From a virus (taxonomy: Duplodnaviria > Caudoviricetes), in IMG/VR virus record IMGVR_UViG_3300028198_000001, positions 1-61,891 of that record: a stretch of DNA of 61,891 nucleotides; one strand, given 5' to 3'. Positions 28,420 through 38,661 of the stretch are shown one piece after another. Position numbers and translations under genes: made by a program. The notes under the pieces were generated by a model, which was not told the origin of the DNA, made no database searches, and saw nothing but the letters and a program-made list of their open reading frames with translations. Each line of letters starts with the position of its first letter. The stretch's first letter is position 1.

Positions 28420-28805
28420 GTGTTTTCCCCTCGTTTCTTTATTCGTTCCGATTCTGCTCCACGAACTTTTGGTAATATTTTTTTTGCAATTCTTTTAATT
28501 ACAGTTTTCTTTTTGTTTAACTTTTTTTCTAATGCTTCTCTGCCTGCTATAGATAACTCAGATTTCTTTCTATCCTTTAAAATCTTTTTTGTAATTATAT
28601 CTCTTGCTTTCTTCAATGCTCTTGATTTTAATTTTTCAGGAGTTGCTCTACGCTTCATAGCAATCTTACGTTTCCGAGCAATTTGTTTTCCTTTTGTTTT
28701 CATCATTCTTGATCTTTTCATACGAGCTGACTTACTCATTATTTCATCAAGAACATTATTAATCATATCATCAATCTGTTTCATTATCTCCTTCCCACTC
28801 AGCAT
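28416..28805 (-). CDS. very basic prohead core/internal protein (gp68 position)
   Basis: K/R-rich; lies between portal and protease; probable start MKQID. Confidence 0.65.
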   Translation of the reverse strand: MLSGKEIMKQIDDMINNVLDEIMSKSARMKRSRMMKTKGKQIARKRKIAMKRRATPEKLKSRALKKARDIITKKILKDRKKSELSIAGREALEKKLNKKKTVIKRIAKKILPKVRGAESERIKKRGENT

Positions 28806-29298
28806 CTATTTCGTCATAGAATTTTTTCTTATCATCACCTTTTAATTGTGATGGACTTGTTACTCCATACTTTTTTAGTTTAGCATCAAAGAATTTTTTA
28901 TAAGCTGCCTTGTCACCTGTTCCACCATCTTTACCTTCATCCTTTGGTGTGTCTTGTGATGCTTCCCATTCTTTATGTGACATATCAGAATGAACTTTAT
29001 CACAATCATGGTTTTCAGTTCTTCGGCCATCACCACCAGCACATTTTTTTCTTGCACCATCAGACTTAATATACTCTACTACTTTATTAACAATACTTTC
29101 TTTTTTTGTTTGACTACTTCGTTTTTCTATTTCTTTATCACGTTCTGCTTGTCGTTTAGTTTGTTCTTTATCTTGCTCAGCTTTTCTAACAGCAACTTCT
29201 TTTTCTTTATTAGTACGCCTTAAAGAATTTTCTTTATCTCTATTAGCTTTCTTTACAGCTGATAAATCTTCTGCTAAATAACTTCTAAAAGTTTTCAT
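28771..29298 (-). CDS. putative capsid internal protein
   Basis: N-terminus MKTFRSYLAE resembles the T4 capsid-targeting sequence. Confidence 0.6.
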   Translation of the reverse strand: MKTFRSYLAEDLSAVKKANRDKENSLRRTNKEKEVAVRKAEQDKEQTKRQAERDKEIEKRSSQTKKESIVNKVVEYIKSDGARKKCAGGDGRRTENHDCDKVHSDMSHKEWEASQDTPKDEGKDGGTGDKAAYKKFFDAKLKKYGVTSPSQLKGDDKKKFYDEIDAEWEGDNETD

Positions 29299-29492
29299 TT
29301 ATCTGCCTCTACAGGTGTTGGTGCAACCTCTGGTTCTGGTGCATTAGTTGGTAATTCATATTTGAAAGATGTTTTAAAATCTTCAATTGCTTTAAAAGAT
29401 TTATCTTTCAAAATTTTTGTAATGCCGTCTTTAGCTTTATTTAATTTCTTACTAAGAATATCCTTTAATACAGAACTTTTAATATCAGTCAT
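29295..29492 (-). CDS. small prohead core protein (gp67-like by position)
   Basis: 65 aa, downstream of the portal. Confidence 0.55.
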   Translation of the reverse strand: MTDIKSSVLKDILSKKLNKAKDGITKILKDKSFKAIEDFKTSFKYELPTNAPEPEVAPTPVEADK

Positions 29493-29889
29493 TGTTAATC
29501 CTTTCTTTCATTACATTCTTAATTGATTCAATTAATAAATTATCTGTAAGAGTACCTTCTTTAATCCACTCTTTAACTTCATCTTCTGTATCTTGATCTT
29601 TACCAGAAATTCTTCCAAGAACATCCTTTTTCCAGTCTGTCTTTTGAACACGTTCAATAGATTTAATATCGTCTGGTTTTTTCAATTTTTTTCTTAGGTC
29701 TGCTTTAACTTGTCCAGCACTTTTTGCATCAACATAGAATGATGGAAACCCTTCTACTTCTACTTTCCACATTGCTTCTGTAAATAAATTCTGTTTATAA
29801 TTTTCAATAAAACTTTTAGTTTTTACTTTAAGAATAGATTTCATAGTGTTATGTGGTTTAAAATTCTTCATCTTCATCTCCCATGTCAT
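29485..29889 (-). CDS. hypothetical protein, possible internal head protein
   Basis: ORF in the head-core cluster; true start probably MKSILK. Confidence 0.6.
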   Translation of the reverse strand: MTWEMKMKNFKPHNTMKSILKVKTKSFIENYKQNLFTEAMWKVEVEGFPSFYVDAKSAGQVKADLRKKLKKPDDIKSIERVQKTDWKKDVLGRISGKDQDTEDEVKEWIKEGTLTDNLLIESIKNVMKERINND

Positions 29890-31378
29890 CTTCTTCCTCT
29901 TCTGGTTTTTCTGCAGCTATCTGTTTATCAATTTCTTTAATCTGCTCTTCACTTTGTTGTAAAATATTTTTACGCAGATACTCTGATGAAATGTATTTAC
30001 CAACATACTCCTCAGCCATTGAAACCAACTCAAAACGATCTCTCATAATCTCAGAGTTTTTCAACTCCATAAAATGAGAATCTTTAGCCCAGATATAATC
30101 AATACGATCTTTAATACTGGCCCAATCTTCTTCTTTAATAATACCTTTAAGAATCAACTGAACTCTTAGTATATCACAAAACAAATAAGAAAATCGTTGT
30201 CGTAACCGAGTAATAAACTTTCCAAACTTTACTTCATCTCTTGTAATCTCAGAAGCTCTTCCAAGGTTAAAAGATGTTGAATCTGTACCTTCAATCCTAG
30301 ATACTGGAACATTTAAAGACTTGTACAGTTTCTTTCTGAAATATTCTATGTCATCTGTTTCACCAAGATTTTGTCCGCCAGGAAGTGTACTGATCTCAGT
30401 ACCACGACCGCCTTCTCGTCTTGGCAACCAAAAATCTTCCAACATCGAAAGATGTTTTCTTTGATCTTCTACTTCTCCCGATGAAGCATTATAAATCATT
30501 TTCTGTTTATACCGATTCATTACTTGTTGTAAGTACTGCTCGGCTTTCAACTTCGGAAGATTACCAACATCAATATAAAATATTCTTCGTTCAGGAGCTC
30601 TTGCTAACCTATAGATTACTAGAGCATCCTCAATCATTCGTAACTGATTAAATGGTTTAATTGCTTTGTACAAATAACCAATAACAATTTGTTTGGATGT
30701 ATCAATCAATCCTGAGTGAACATATGAAATTGCATCAGGTGCCACTTGAATAGCCTGTTGATTTGGCATACCTGATTGAAACGAATTTGTTGTCATAGAA
30801 TCTGGTGTATAAACATAATACTCATTAACAGCTTTGACAAGCTCTGCACCAGTTCCACTTTTTTCTTTTTCAACTTCACGAATTTTATTAATATTCAAAG
30901 GATCAATAGGAACCAATTCTTTGATTCCATCTTTAGGTCTAGTATTATCAATAACTATATGGTGATACAACCTTGCATCTATGTACCACTTTCTAAACAA
31001 ATCTGTACCGTTATGATTAAAATCTAACAAGTCCAGAATTGTAGAGAACTCTGTATGTATCTTATCTTTAATACCATCAGTATAATCTAACTTATCTAAA
31101 TCAAGTGATACTGCTGGTTTTCCTTCTTCATGAATTACTGCATCATTAATAATATCTTCTACAGCTCCATCTACTTCTTGAGAAAATCCCATATCACGAT
31201 ATTTTTGAACTAAAACCTTTTCATCTTTTGCATCAACATCTTGATTAAGATAATGACCCATGATACCACCACCATCAACAACGGTAGTCGCACCATCAGT
31301 ATTCTCAGGTGTTACAAAAGTTTTCCCTTTTTTCTTCTTTTTAGATTTTAACTCAAAACCAAATAATTCAATAGCCAT
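29858..31378 (-). CDS. gp20: portal protein (T4 gp20-like)
   Basis: RAPERRIFYIDVGNLPK, EDFWLPRREGGRGTEI. Confidence 0.98.
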   Translation of the reverse strand: MAIELFGFELKSKKKKKGKTFVTPENTDGATTVVDGGGIMGHYLNQDVDAKDEKVLVQKYRDMGFSQEVDGAVEDIINDAVIHEEGKPAVSLDLDKLDYTDGIKDKIHTEFSTILDLLDFNHNGTDLFRKWYIDARLYHHIVIDNTRPKDGIKELVPIDPLNINKIREVEKEKSGTGAELVKAVNEYYVYTPDSMTTNSFQSGMPNQQAIQVAPDAISYVHSGLIDTSKQIVIGYLYKAIKPFNQLRMIEDALVIYRLARAPERRIFYIDVGNLPKLKAEQYLQQVMNRYKQKMIYNASSGEVEDQRKHLSMLEDFWLPRREGGRGTEISTLPGGQNLGETDDIEYFRKKLYKSLNVPVSRIEGTDSTSFNLGRASEITRDEVKFGKFITRLRQRFSYLFCDILRVQLILKGIIKEEDWASIKDRIDYIWAKDSHFMELKNSEIMRDRFELVSMAEEYVGKYISSEYLRKNILQQSEEQIKEIDKQIAAEKPEEEEDDMGDEDEEF

Positions 31379-31409
31379 AAAAAGTTTCCTTGTTTTTTTT
31401 CATAATAAT

Positions 31410-31437
31410 AAGAGGAGTGGGTTAACCCACTCCTCTT
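31410..31437. terminator. perfect 28-bp palindrome / terminator after gp19
   Basis: AAGAGGAGTGGG-TTAA-CCCACTCCTCTT. Confidence 0.8.
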
Positions 31438-31453
31438 GTTTATTCAGTTTTTA

Positions 31454-32080
31454 TCAAATACCAATAATAGCTCGTAACTTACCAAGCTTAGCATCAAGTC
31501 CACCACCAGTAATACCGTTCTTATCACCTGTAATATGCCAAGCAATAGAATCGTCACCACCCATTACCGAATTAGCTGAAGTGTTTTTAGTTACCCAATA
31601 ATTTACTGCGAAAGTTACTGCATATTCTTCGACAGCATCATTAGATTCCCATGCAACATCAATCGCTGCAACTTCAGTAGGAATAACTTCCATAAAATAA
31701 GATGAGATAGGGATACCCTGCCGACTAATTTGTGTAACGGTTCCTTGACCATAAGGATTGTCCAATGATTGATAATTAGCACCATGATTTTGAATCAAAT
31801 GCATCCAACCTTCAAAAGCATGACGGATACTCATATCCACATCATTAAATACTGTTACTGTCCAATCAGCATATGTACGATCACCCGGAACTTTCAATTG
31901 TCGGCCAAGATAATTTACATCAATTGTAGGAACTGTAGATGCAGGCATAGACGTTCCTTTACAATGAAAACTAAAATCATTGCTTAACATTACACCAGCC
32001 GGTGGTGTAATACTACAGGCAAACAGATTGGGTCGTACCCCACCCTTGAATTTACTGCTAAAATTTGTAATTGTTGACAT
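31454..32080 (-). CDS. gp19: tail tube protein (T4 gp19-like)
   Basis: GGVRPNLF, GRQLKVPGDRTYADWTVTVFND. Confidence 0.95.
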   Translation of the reverse strand: MSTITNFSSKFKGGVRPNLFACSITPPAGVMLSNDFSFHCKGTSMPASTVPTIDVNYLGRQLKVPGDRTYADWTVTVFNDVDMSIRHAFEGWMHLIQNHGANYQSLDNPYGQGTVTQISRQGIPISSYFMEVIPTEVAAIDVAWESNDAVEEYAVTFAVNYWVTKNTSANSVMGGDDSIAWHITGDKNGITGGGLDAKLGKLRAIIGI

Positions 32081-32106
32081 TATATTACTCCTTTAAGTTT
32101 TGTAAG

Positions 32107-32114
32107 TATTTATA
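32107..32114 (-). promoter_or_regulatory. late promoter TATAAATA (gp19)
   Basis: Exact consensus, intergenic. Confidence 0.8.
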
Positions 32115-32117
32115 AGA

Positions 32118-33836
32118 TTAACCACCGATTTCTGAAAAAGAAACATCAGAACGAGCGGCAATAAAGTTCAATTGAATGTAATTGATAGACCTTGCAGGTT
32201 TAATAAAAATATCTCCTACAAACTGATTCGTATCAATAATTTGTCCAGTATTATTAGAACTATCACATACTACCTTAAAGTCAGTAATACCACGGCGACC
32301 CTGTACTTCTCGTAAGAAAGGAGCAACCATATTTGTAAACTGAGCTCGTGTAAACTCATCATTGAACTCAAACAACATAGCCTTAGCAGCAATCGAAATT
32401 GCTTTCTCCAAAACAATAAACAATCTTCGTACATTGATTCTATCAAACGCACTTGGAACTGTTTGCATTGTTTTATCACCCCAAAGAACTACACCAGCAC
32501 CTGTCTGTGTAATAATAGGATTAATGCTTATCGGATACATTGTGTCACGATTTGCTTTAGTTGCTTCCCAAGAAAGTTTAACAATGTTCTTAATAGCACC
32601 ACGATTCAATCCAGCAGGTGACCACCAGCTGTCATGAGAATAATCAGTTCTGGCACAAAGTCCTGCCATATCACCATTCATCGGAACATACATAAATTCA
32701 TCTCGATATCGGTCATACTGATATTTCCAAGCACTATCCATAACTGCATAACTAGAAGAACCAAGAGCAGTATTATCTGTGGTAAGTGCTGAAACTTCAG
32801 AACCAGAATTATTAACAACAGATGCTCTTAATGGTGAAACAAATGCCATACAATCTTTTCGTGTTGCAGCTATATTATCTACAATCCAACGACCTGTCGT
32901 TGTAGAAGAAGCACCACCTAACACTAAAGTAATGTCAACAACTTCTGGAGTAATATACAAGTTAAACCCTGTTTGAAGAAGTGCATCTGTTTGTGTGTTA
33001 TCATCAACACCACCTGTCATTGAACCACCTGGTACTGATTCAGAAGCAGTTGCACTATTAAACTCTTTAAAAGTTGTGCCCGCCTTTGTGTCACCAGCAT
33101 CTCCACCTGCACCAGTTGCATTGGCAGTAAATTCTGTTACTAATCCAACATATGCATATTTAGATTCATTACGCATAACATTTACAACATAATTACTTGA
33201 ACCATCAATTTTCTTTGCATCAGATGCTTTACTTACAAAAGCATGTTTCTCTAAAACATACCCAGGTGTTCCTGTCCAAAGTCCATCTTCATCAATAACA
33301 ATAACGTGCATCTCATCACTAGCACCACCAGCATTGCCAACATCAGTTGATGTGCCAGGAGCTCTATCAAAGTTTGCAAGAAAAGTTGCATTAACTGTGG
33401 CATCTGCCCAACCATTAGCATCAATAGCCTCTACTTTTAAACTATTACCTAATGCGCCAGGATATTTTGCAACAAATAATTGATCCGTAAATGTAACTGA
33501 ATCATATGCATCTTTATTATTTACAGCAACAGCCGTTCCTGCATCACTATCTCCAACAACACCGTTGCGTGCTGTTGCTCCTACATTTCTAACAACCCAC
33601 AAATTATTGCCATAAGCAAGATAATTTGCAGCTGTCCAAAACCATTCAAATGTAGTTGCATCTGGTTTACCAAATATATCTACTAAATCGTTTTCTGTTC
33701 CTATCTGTGTTCTTTCCAGAACCGGACCCCATTGGAATCCACCAGCCATGGCACCAATCGTTGTTGCAACATTTGGTACGACAGTTGTTAAATCTTGTTC
33801 GGAAATATTAATTCCTGGTGATACTTGAAAAGCCAT
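32118..33836 (-). CDS. gp18: tail sheath protein (T4 gp18-like)
   Basis: VSPGI, WGP, SPAGLNRG, FDRINVRRLF, IKPARSINYI. Confidence 0.97.
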   Translation of the reverse strand: MAFQVSPGINISEQDLTTVVPNVATTIGAMAGGFQWGPVLERTQIGTENDLVDIFGKPDATTFEWFWTAANYLAYGNNLWVVRNVGATARNGVVGDSDAGTAVAVNNKDAYDSVTFTDQLFVAKYPGALGNSLKVEAIDANGWADATVNATFLANFDRAPGTSTDVGNAGGASDEMHVIVIDEDGLWTGTPGYVLEKHAFVSKASDAKKIDGSSNYVVNVMRNESKYAYVGLVTEFTANATGAGGDAGDTKAGTTFKEFNSATASESVPGGSMTGGVDDNTQTDALLQTGFNLYITPEVVDITLVLGGASSTTTGRWIVDNIAATRKDCMAFVSPLRASVVNNSGSEVSALTTDNTALGSSSYAVMDSAWKYQYDRYRDEFMYVPMNGDMAGLCARTDYSHDSWWSPAGLNRGAIKNIVKLSWEATKANRDTMYPISINPIITQTGAGVVLWGDKTMQTVPSAFDRINVRRLFIVLEKAISIAAKAMLFEFNDEFTRAQFTNMVAPFLREVQGRRGITDFKVVCDSSNNTGQIIDTNQFVGDIFIKPARSINYIQLNFIAARSDVSFSEIGG

Positions 33837-33875
33837 TTGATTTCTCCTTTTACATTCTTAATATTGATATAGATT

Positions 33876-35498
33876 TTACTTGTTAAACGTATGTACTGTT
33901 TTCCAGAGATCGCCTTCAGCATCTCTTTCATACACATCATTCAATCCATCATCAATAATACCAAAAGGGGTAGTCATATCATCAATAGTATCCATTTTAT
34001 TTTGATATAATTTTTCCCGTATATTCTGATTACTCAATTCTTTAAAATATGATTGATCTACCAACCAACCAAACAAAACTAATGTAGTCACTAAATCATC
34101 ATTAGAACCATCTTCAGCAGCAAATGTATCACCATTCGTTACAAAAGTTGTAAGTTCAGATATAATATCATAATCTGGGATAAGTAACTTATCTTCTTCC
34201 ACCAAACTCTTTAGATTTGAACAACCTATCTTTTTAACTTGTTTAGTTGTTCTTACTCCATAAGAGATATCTGCACGATGGCCACTTGATATTTGTTGGC
34301 CATGTCTACCGTACCATGATACTGTTAATAGATTTTCATACTCTAAATCATGATGTAAAACATCGGCTACTTGAGCTCCAATGTCGTTACTTTCTACTAA
34401 AACATAAGCATCATTATACTTCTTTCCTATAGTATTTATAATATTTGGAAAAAGCAGCGGTGCTATGATGTTGTTTCTATATTTGGCTACTATCTTATAT
34501 GGCACCTCAGATATATCAAATACTGTAAATGTGGAATAATCTAGTCCCTGTCCCCGAGCTGTATCAACTGTGATTGTATATAACTTTTCTTTTTCGGGTT
34601 CTACATAAACATCTAAATCTTCTTTTGACCATACTGGTGTGCTATAAGATAACTCTTGTAATTTCTCATATGATATAAGAGTATTTGAAGAACCCAGAAA
34701 ATCTGCCTCATACTCTTGACGAAATGCTTCTTCACCAATATCAGAGATAATCTTTCTACGCCATTCTTGATCTCGTTCTGGAATACTAGTCCAATGAATC
34801 TTGAATGTCTTGAACTGGTTATTACCTTCTACAGCATCATTCCAGAACTTATAGAATAAGTTAAAACCATTTGGAGTAGATACCATTATAATCTTAGTGT
34901 CTTTACCAGATGAAATCGTAGGATAAACTGATTTGATAAATGCATCAGCAATCGTTCTTTGTACGAATGCAAACTCATCCAAGAACAATAATGAAAAACT
35001 ATAACCACGAATTGCAGATGAAGATGTGGAAGAAGCTATAATCTTAGAACCATTCTCTAGTTCCAAGTTTCCTTTATTCCACTCAACAATACCTTGTTGT
35101 AAAAACTTTGGTAGATGTTGATAAGCTGTCTGTAATCTTCCAAGCAACTCTCTTGATGTAGATGCTTTGTTGGCCAACATACCAACTATCTTTGTCTTGT
35201 TAAATAATACATAATGTAAAATATAACCAAGACTTGTTACAGACTTACCAGATTGTCTAGCACTCTTTACAATAACATATCTATTGTCATGTAAAGTATT
35301 AATTAAATCTTCTTGATAATCATAAAGATTAAAAGGAACCAGTCCCTTATCAACGTGAATTACCTGAACATAGTTCTTTAAAAAATAAACAATATCATCA
35401 CGACACTTTACATATTCTTCAACTTCGTGTTTGGTAAATTGTTGATTAACATTAGTCGGCTTTAATAGTCTATTACCTAAATAAGAATCTTCTCCCAT
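33876..35498 (-). CDS. gp17: terminase large subunit (T4 gp17-like)
   Basis: YLGN, ARQSGKS, FLDEFAF, STPNG, DDLV. Confidence 0.97.
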   Translation of the reverse strand: MGEDSYLGNRLLKPTNVNQQFTKHEVEEYVKCRDDIVYFLKNYVQVIHVDKGLVPFNLYDYQEDLINTLHDNRYVIVKSARQSGKSVTSLGYILHYVLFNKTKIVGMLANKASTSRELLGRLQTAYQHLPKFLQQGIVEWNKGNLELENGSKIIASSTSSSAIRGYSFSLLFLDEFAFVQRTIADAFIKSVYPTISSGKDTKIIMVSTPNGFNLFYKFWNDAVEGNNQFKTFKIHWTSIPERDQEWRRKIISDIGEEAFRQEYEADFLGSSNTLISYEKLQELSYSTPVWSKEDLDVYVEPEKEKLYTITVDTARGQGLDYSTFTVFDISEVPYKIVAKYRNNIIAPLLFPNIINTIGKKYNDAYVLVESNDIGAQVADVLHHDLEYENLLTVSWYGRHGQQISSGHRADISYGVRTTKQVKKIGCSNLKSLVEEDKLLIPDYDIISELTTFVTNGDTFAAEDGSNDDLVTTLVLFGWLVDQSYFKELSNQNIREKLYQNKMDTIDDMTTPFGIIDDGLNDVYERDAEGDLWKTVHTFNK

Positions 35499-35908
35499 TA
35501 TTTTTTCTTACCTTGTAATAAGTCTTGAAGTTCTTTTGTGCTTCCTATAAATAAAGAATTATTTACAGTATGAGGATCTTTAACATCCTTCTCAATTTCT
35601 TTTTTTGTTTTTTGTAATTCCAAAAGTTCTCTGGTTGTATCAGATAAAGTTCTAACCAGTTGAGCAGTTACTTCATAAGCTCGAGCTGATTCAGATTCTT
35701 TTGCAACGGCAAGTAATTCTACAAGAGCTTCATTACCTTTCTCTATAAGAGTATGGTACTGTCCTCTTGAAAAATCATAGTCGGCGGTTAGGTCTGTCGT
35801 ATTAGTTTCTACTGCTGGTGCTTTTTGTTTTCTATTTACTTCAACTGGTATCAAGTCACCTGTAACATCTAATACTTTATTTAATTTTTCAACAGTTGTT
35901 TTCTTCAT
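35498..35908 (-). CDS. gp16: terminase small subunit (T4 gp16-like)
   Basis: DYDFSR, RAYEV, NNSLFIGSTKELQ. Confidence 0.92.
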   Translation of the reverse strand: MKKTTVEKLNKVLDVTGDLIPVEVNRKQKAPAVETNTTDLTADYDFSRGQYHTLIEKGNEALVELLAVAKESESARAYEVTAQLVRTLSDTTRELLELQKTKKEIEKDVKDPHTVNNSLFIGSTKELQDLLQGKKK

Positions 35909-36666
35909 TAATAATAATCAGTTTGTGTTGTTGTATATCCATAAGCATCATCAGCATCTGCTGTTGTCGGATCTGACTTAACATCAGTATTACTAACCTT
36001 TGTTGTTGAGTCAGTAGCATTGTATTTATTAACATCCACCTCTTTAATAATACTAACATCTTTTGTCGGACCGTAAAGATATGCTTTAACAGTAAATGTC
36101 AATGTATGTATAAGAGCTCGTCTTGTTAAGAAATCTCCTTCATAACTATCTTCCGTAGACAACCCACTAAAAATAATTGGTATATCTCTTTTAATACCCA
36201 TTGAACTCATCTCATTCATTGTTACTTGATATGCAGGAGAAAAATATGGTAAAATCTGTTCAAGTATTTGTGTACCATCATCAGAATTTTTTACCATTAC
36301 ACTTAAAGTAAAATCAAAATCATATGGTATGGGTGTATAAATTGTAGTTAATTTAGTATTATCAGAAGCATGTGTTTTTTTAAATTGCTTAGTTGTTACC
36401 AACTTTCTTGTAGAATCATAATTGATCGCAGTAAATTCAAATGACATTCGTGGTAACGTAAGGCCTACTTTACCTTTACTGATATCTGTTGCTTCTCGTA
36501 ATCTTACAAGAAACTTCTCAGCAGGACCGTAAGCTATAGGAACTCTAAACTCCTCTTGAGTCACATTAGACGAATTGACGCGTCTTACAATGATATCATT
36601 AAATACTGTACCAAATAATATAACAATATTTCTTATATTCTTATTATAAAAATAAGTACCAAACAT
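35908..36666 (-). CDS. gp15: tail sheath stabiliser / terminator (T4 gp15-like)
   Basis: FGTVFN, VPIAYGP, LPRMSFE, QILEQILPYF. Confidence 0.94.
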   Translation of the reverse strand: MFGTYFYNKNIRNIVILFGTVFNDIIVRRVNSSNVTQEEFRVPIAYGPAEKFLVRLREATDISKGKVGLTLPRMSFEFTAINYDSTRKLVTTKQFKKTHASDNTKLTTIYTPIPYDFDFTLSVMVKNSDDGTQILEQILPYFSPAYQVTMNEMSSMGIKRDIPIIFSGLSTEDSYEGDFLTRRALIHTLTFTVKAYLYGPTKDVSIIKEVDVNKYNATDSTTKVSNTDVKSDPTTADADDAYGYTTTQTDYY

Positions 36667-37520
36667 TAAGTTACCTCACCGAATGGATTTGATTCTGAAA
36701 AATCAAGAATAGAATCACCTTCCGTTTCAAATTCTTTATTATCTGCAAATGGTGTCGTTGGTAATTCTTGATAGTCTGCGGCCGATGCCTGCGACCATAC
36801 TGCACCACTTACATCACCAGTAACATCAGTTGAAGCTGCAAATGTTCCAGATGTGTCATTAACTCTTAATGCTCTTGTTGAAGAATCCCAACTAACAACA
36901 ACACCCTTACCAGTTGCGGCTGCAAGACTTGCTCCTTGATAAACTGATTCATCAACACTAAATGTTCCACTACCACCAGCAGTCATAATCAAATCAATAG
37001 CAGCTGATTGTTCTCTTTCAATATTATCTATATCAGCAATACCAGTTTCTAATTGTTCCTCACTATACTGATACAACTCACAAGTAATATCAAAACTATA
37101 ATTCTTTCCAGCTTGATAAAATGGTTGTTCGTGTTCTACAAATTTAATCTCAAATAATCCTTTACTTATTGGTAAGAAAACTAAATCTCCTTCCAATGGT
37201 TTAGACATATCTGTTGCAAGTTCAAATCTATCTTTATGAACTGTGAATATAACTTCATCACGAACATCCAAACCAAACTTACTAACCAAATCTCCTTCAC
37301 CACCAAAACCTTCAGTCGTTTTGAGATACATTTCAATTTCATACGCAGTAGAAAACTTGGCCAATACATCTTCACCAAGCAACACATCTTCTTTAACTAA
37401 AGTTCTTGGTATATAAAATACATCTAATCCGTGTATTTGTATTACCTCACTTGTTAAAGAGTTTATCAACTCTTGTTCAGCATGTGATGTTGTATTTTGA
37501 AAATATAGATTAGTTGGCAT
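36666..37520 (-). CDS. gp14: neck protein (T4 gp14-like)
   Basis: YIPR, SKFGLDVRDE, LFEIKFVEHEQPFYQ, DFSESNPFG. Confidence 0.94.
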   Translation of the reverse strand: MPTNLYFQNTTSHAEQELINSLTSEVIQIHGLDVFYIPRTLVKEDVLLGEDVLAKFSTAYEIEMYLKTTEGFGGEGDLVSKFGLDVRDEVIFTVHKDRFELATDMSKPLEGDLVFLPISKGLFEIKFVEHEQPFYQAGKNYSFDITCELYQYSEEQLETGIADIDNIEREQSAAIDLIMTAGGSGTFSVDESVYQGASLAAATGKGVVVSWDSSTRALRVNDTSGTFAASTDVTGDVSGAVWSQASAADYQELPTTPFADNKEFETEGDSILDFSESNPFGEVT

Positions 37521-38263
37521 TATGCTATAAACCCATCAGGTGGAAGTTCCCATTTCATATTCATTTCTTCTTCTATCTTATTAATCTCGTCTACAGCTTC
37601 ATCATAGATTGTTTTGCCGTTAAGTGTAACACCACCCGGCAATTGAACTCCTTCAAACTTCTTTAAGTTCTCTCCCCATTGTCTTTTAATTAATGACGTA
37701 CAATATTTCTTTAAAAACATATCATCATATACTTCTGTATATGTATTGGGGTCTAATATACGATAGGCTTCTATAATAAGAACATCTCCAACAGTAAATT
37801 TTTCAGACCAATTTGTTTCTAAATATAATTTATTTTGTTTACGATTAAAAAGAACAGTAGCATTAACAGTAAATAAATGATCTACCATTGAAAAGTTTTG
37901 TAATGACATCTGCCAGTTGATTAAAGAAGAACCACTAAATGTATTCAAGTCCTGAATACGCAATTGAAATTCTTCATTAAAGAAACCAGTTTGAAATGCA
38001 TTAAAGTTTGGAATAGGTAAAACTCTTATAACACTAATAACAGGGTCAGCCATAGCAATATATTCATTGTCAATATCAGTTTGTGTTACTGTGTGTTTAA
38101 GAAAAACTTTCTCTACACCATCAAAATGATATTCAGCAAAATACTGAAGTGCATCATCCATACGATCAGACATTTGTTCATCATCCACATTGATTTCAAT
38201 AACGGGATGTCCCAATCGTCTTAAACAATAATCTTGTAATAGTGTTCTTGATGTGATTGCCAT
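37520..38263 (-). CDS. gp13: neck protein (T4 gp13-like)
   Basis: YCLRRLGHPVIEINV, EYHFDG, QWGENLKKFEGVQLPGGVTLNG. Confidence 0.95.
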   Translation of the reverse strand: MAITSRTLLQDYCLRRLGHPVIEINVDDEQMSDRMDDALQYFAEYHFDGVEKVFLKHTVTQTDIDNEYIAMADPVISVIRVLPIPNFNAFQTGFFNEEFQLRIQDLNTFSGSSLINWQMSLQNFSMVDHLFTVNATVLFNRKQNKLYLETNWSEKFTVGDVLIIEAYRILDPNTYTEVYDDMFLKKYCTSLIKRQWGENLKKFEGVQLPGGVTLNGKTIYDEAVDEINKIEEEMNMKWELPPDGFIA

Positions 38264-38267
38264 AGTT

Positions 38268-38489
38268 TTATCCTAATGCGATTGCCATAGTTACAGCCTT
38301 TGAAGTTGCAGTTGCCTCGTCTACACCAGCAGTTGTTACATTACCAACTACTACGATAGAATCATCCGACTTTCTTGTGTATATCTTTTGGTCAGCAACA
38401 TTAATACATATTTCACCAACAGCTAAATCGCTTGTGGTTGGTATAGATGATGCTGTTTCACTTTTCTTCGGTTTGATTACTATCGCCAT
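38268..38489 (-). CDS. short fibre-attachment-like structural protein
   Basis: IKPKKS...LAVGEICINVAD (fibre N-terminal motif); C-terminal MAIALG. Confidence 0.65.
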   Translation of the reverse strand: MAIVIKPKKSETASSIPTTSDLAVGEICINVADQKIYTRKSDDSIVVVGNVTTAGVDEATATSKAVTMAIALG

Positions 38490-38643
38490 CTACTGGCTCC
38501 TGTTTAGAAATTTCTTCTTTTAATTTTATGATTGTTGCTTCCAACTGAACATTCTGTGCTACACTTTCATTCAGTCTTGTTTGTAGAATATTAATAATAT
38601 TCTGTGCATACTTTATTTTCTCATCAAACTCATTCTGTTCCAT
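38458..38643 (-). CDS. small coiled-coil protein
   Basis: SD GGAGG; heptad pattern. Confidence 0.65.
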   Translation of the reverse strand: MEQNEFDEKIKYAQNIINILQTRLNESVAQNVQLEATIIKLKEEISKQEPVDGDSNQTEEK

Positions 38644-38661
38644 AAAACCTCCATTGTTAAA

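Noticed and set aside
31454-38263. Stand-alone contractile injection system or tailocin
   Set aside because: Sheath and tube genes are flanked by capsid, portal, terminase and replication genes, so this is a phage.
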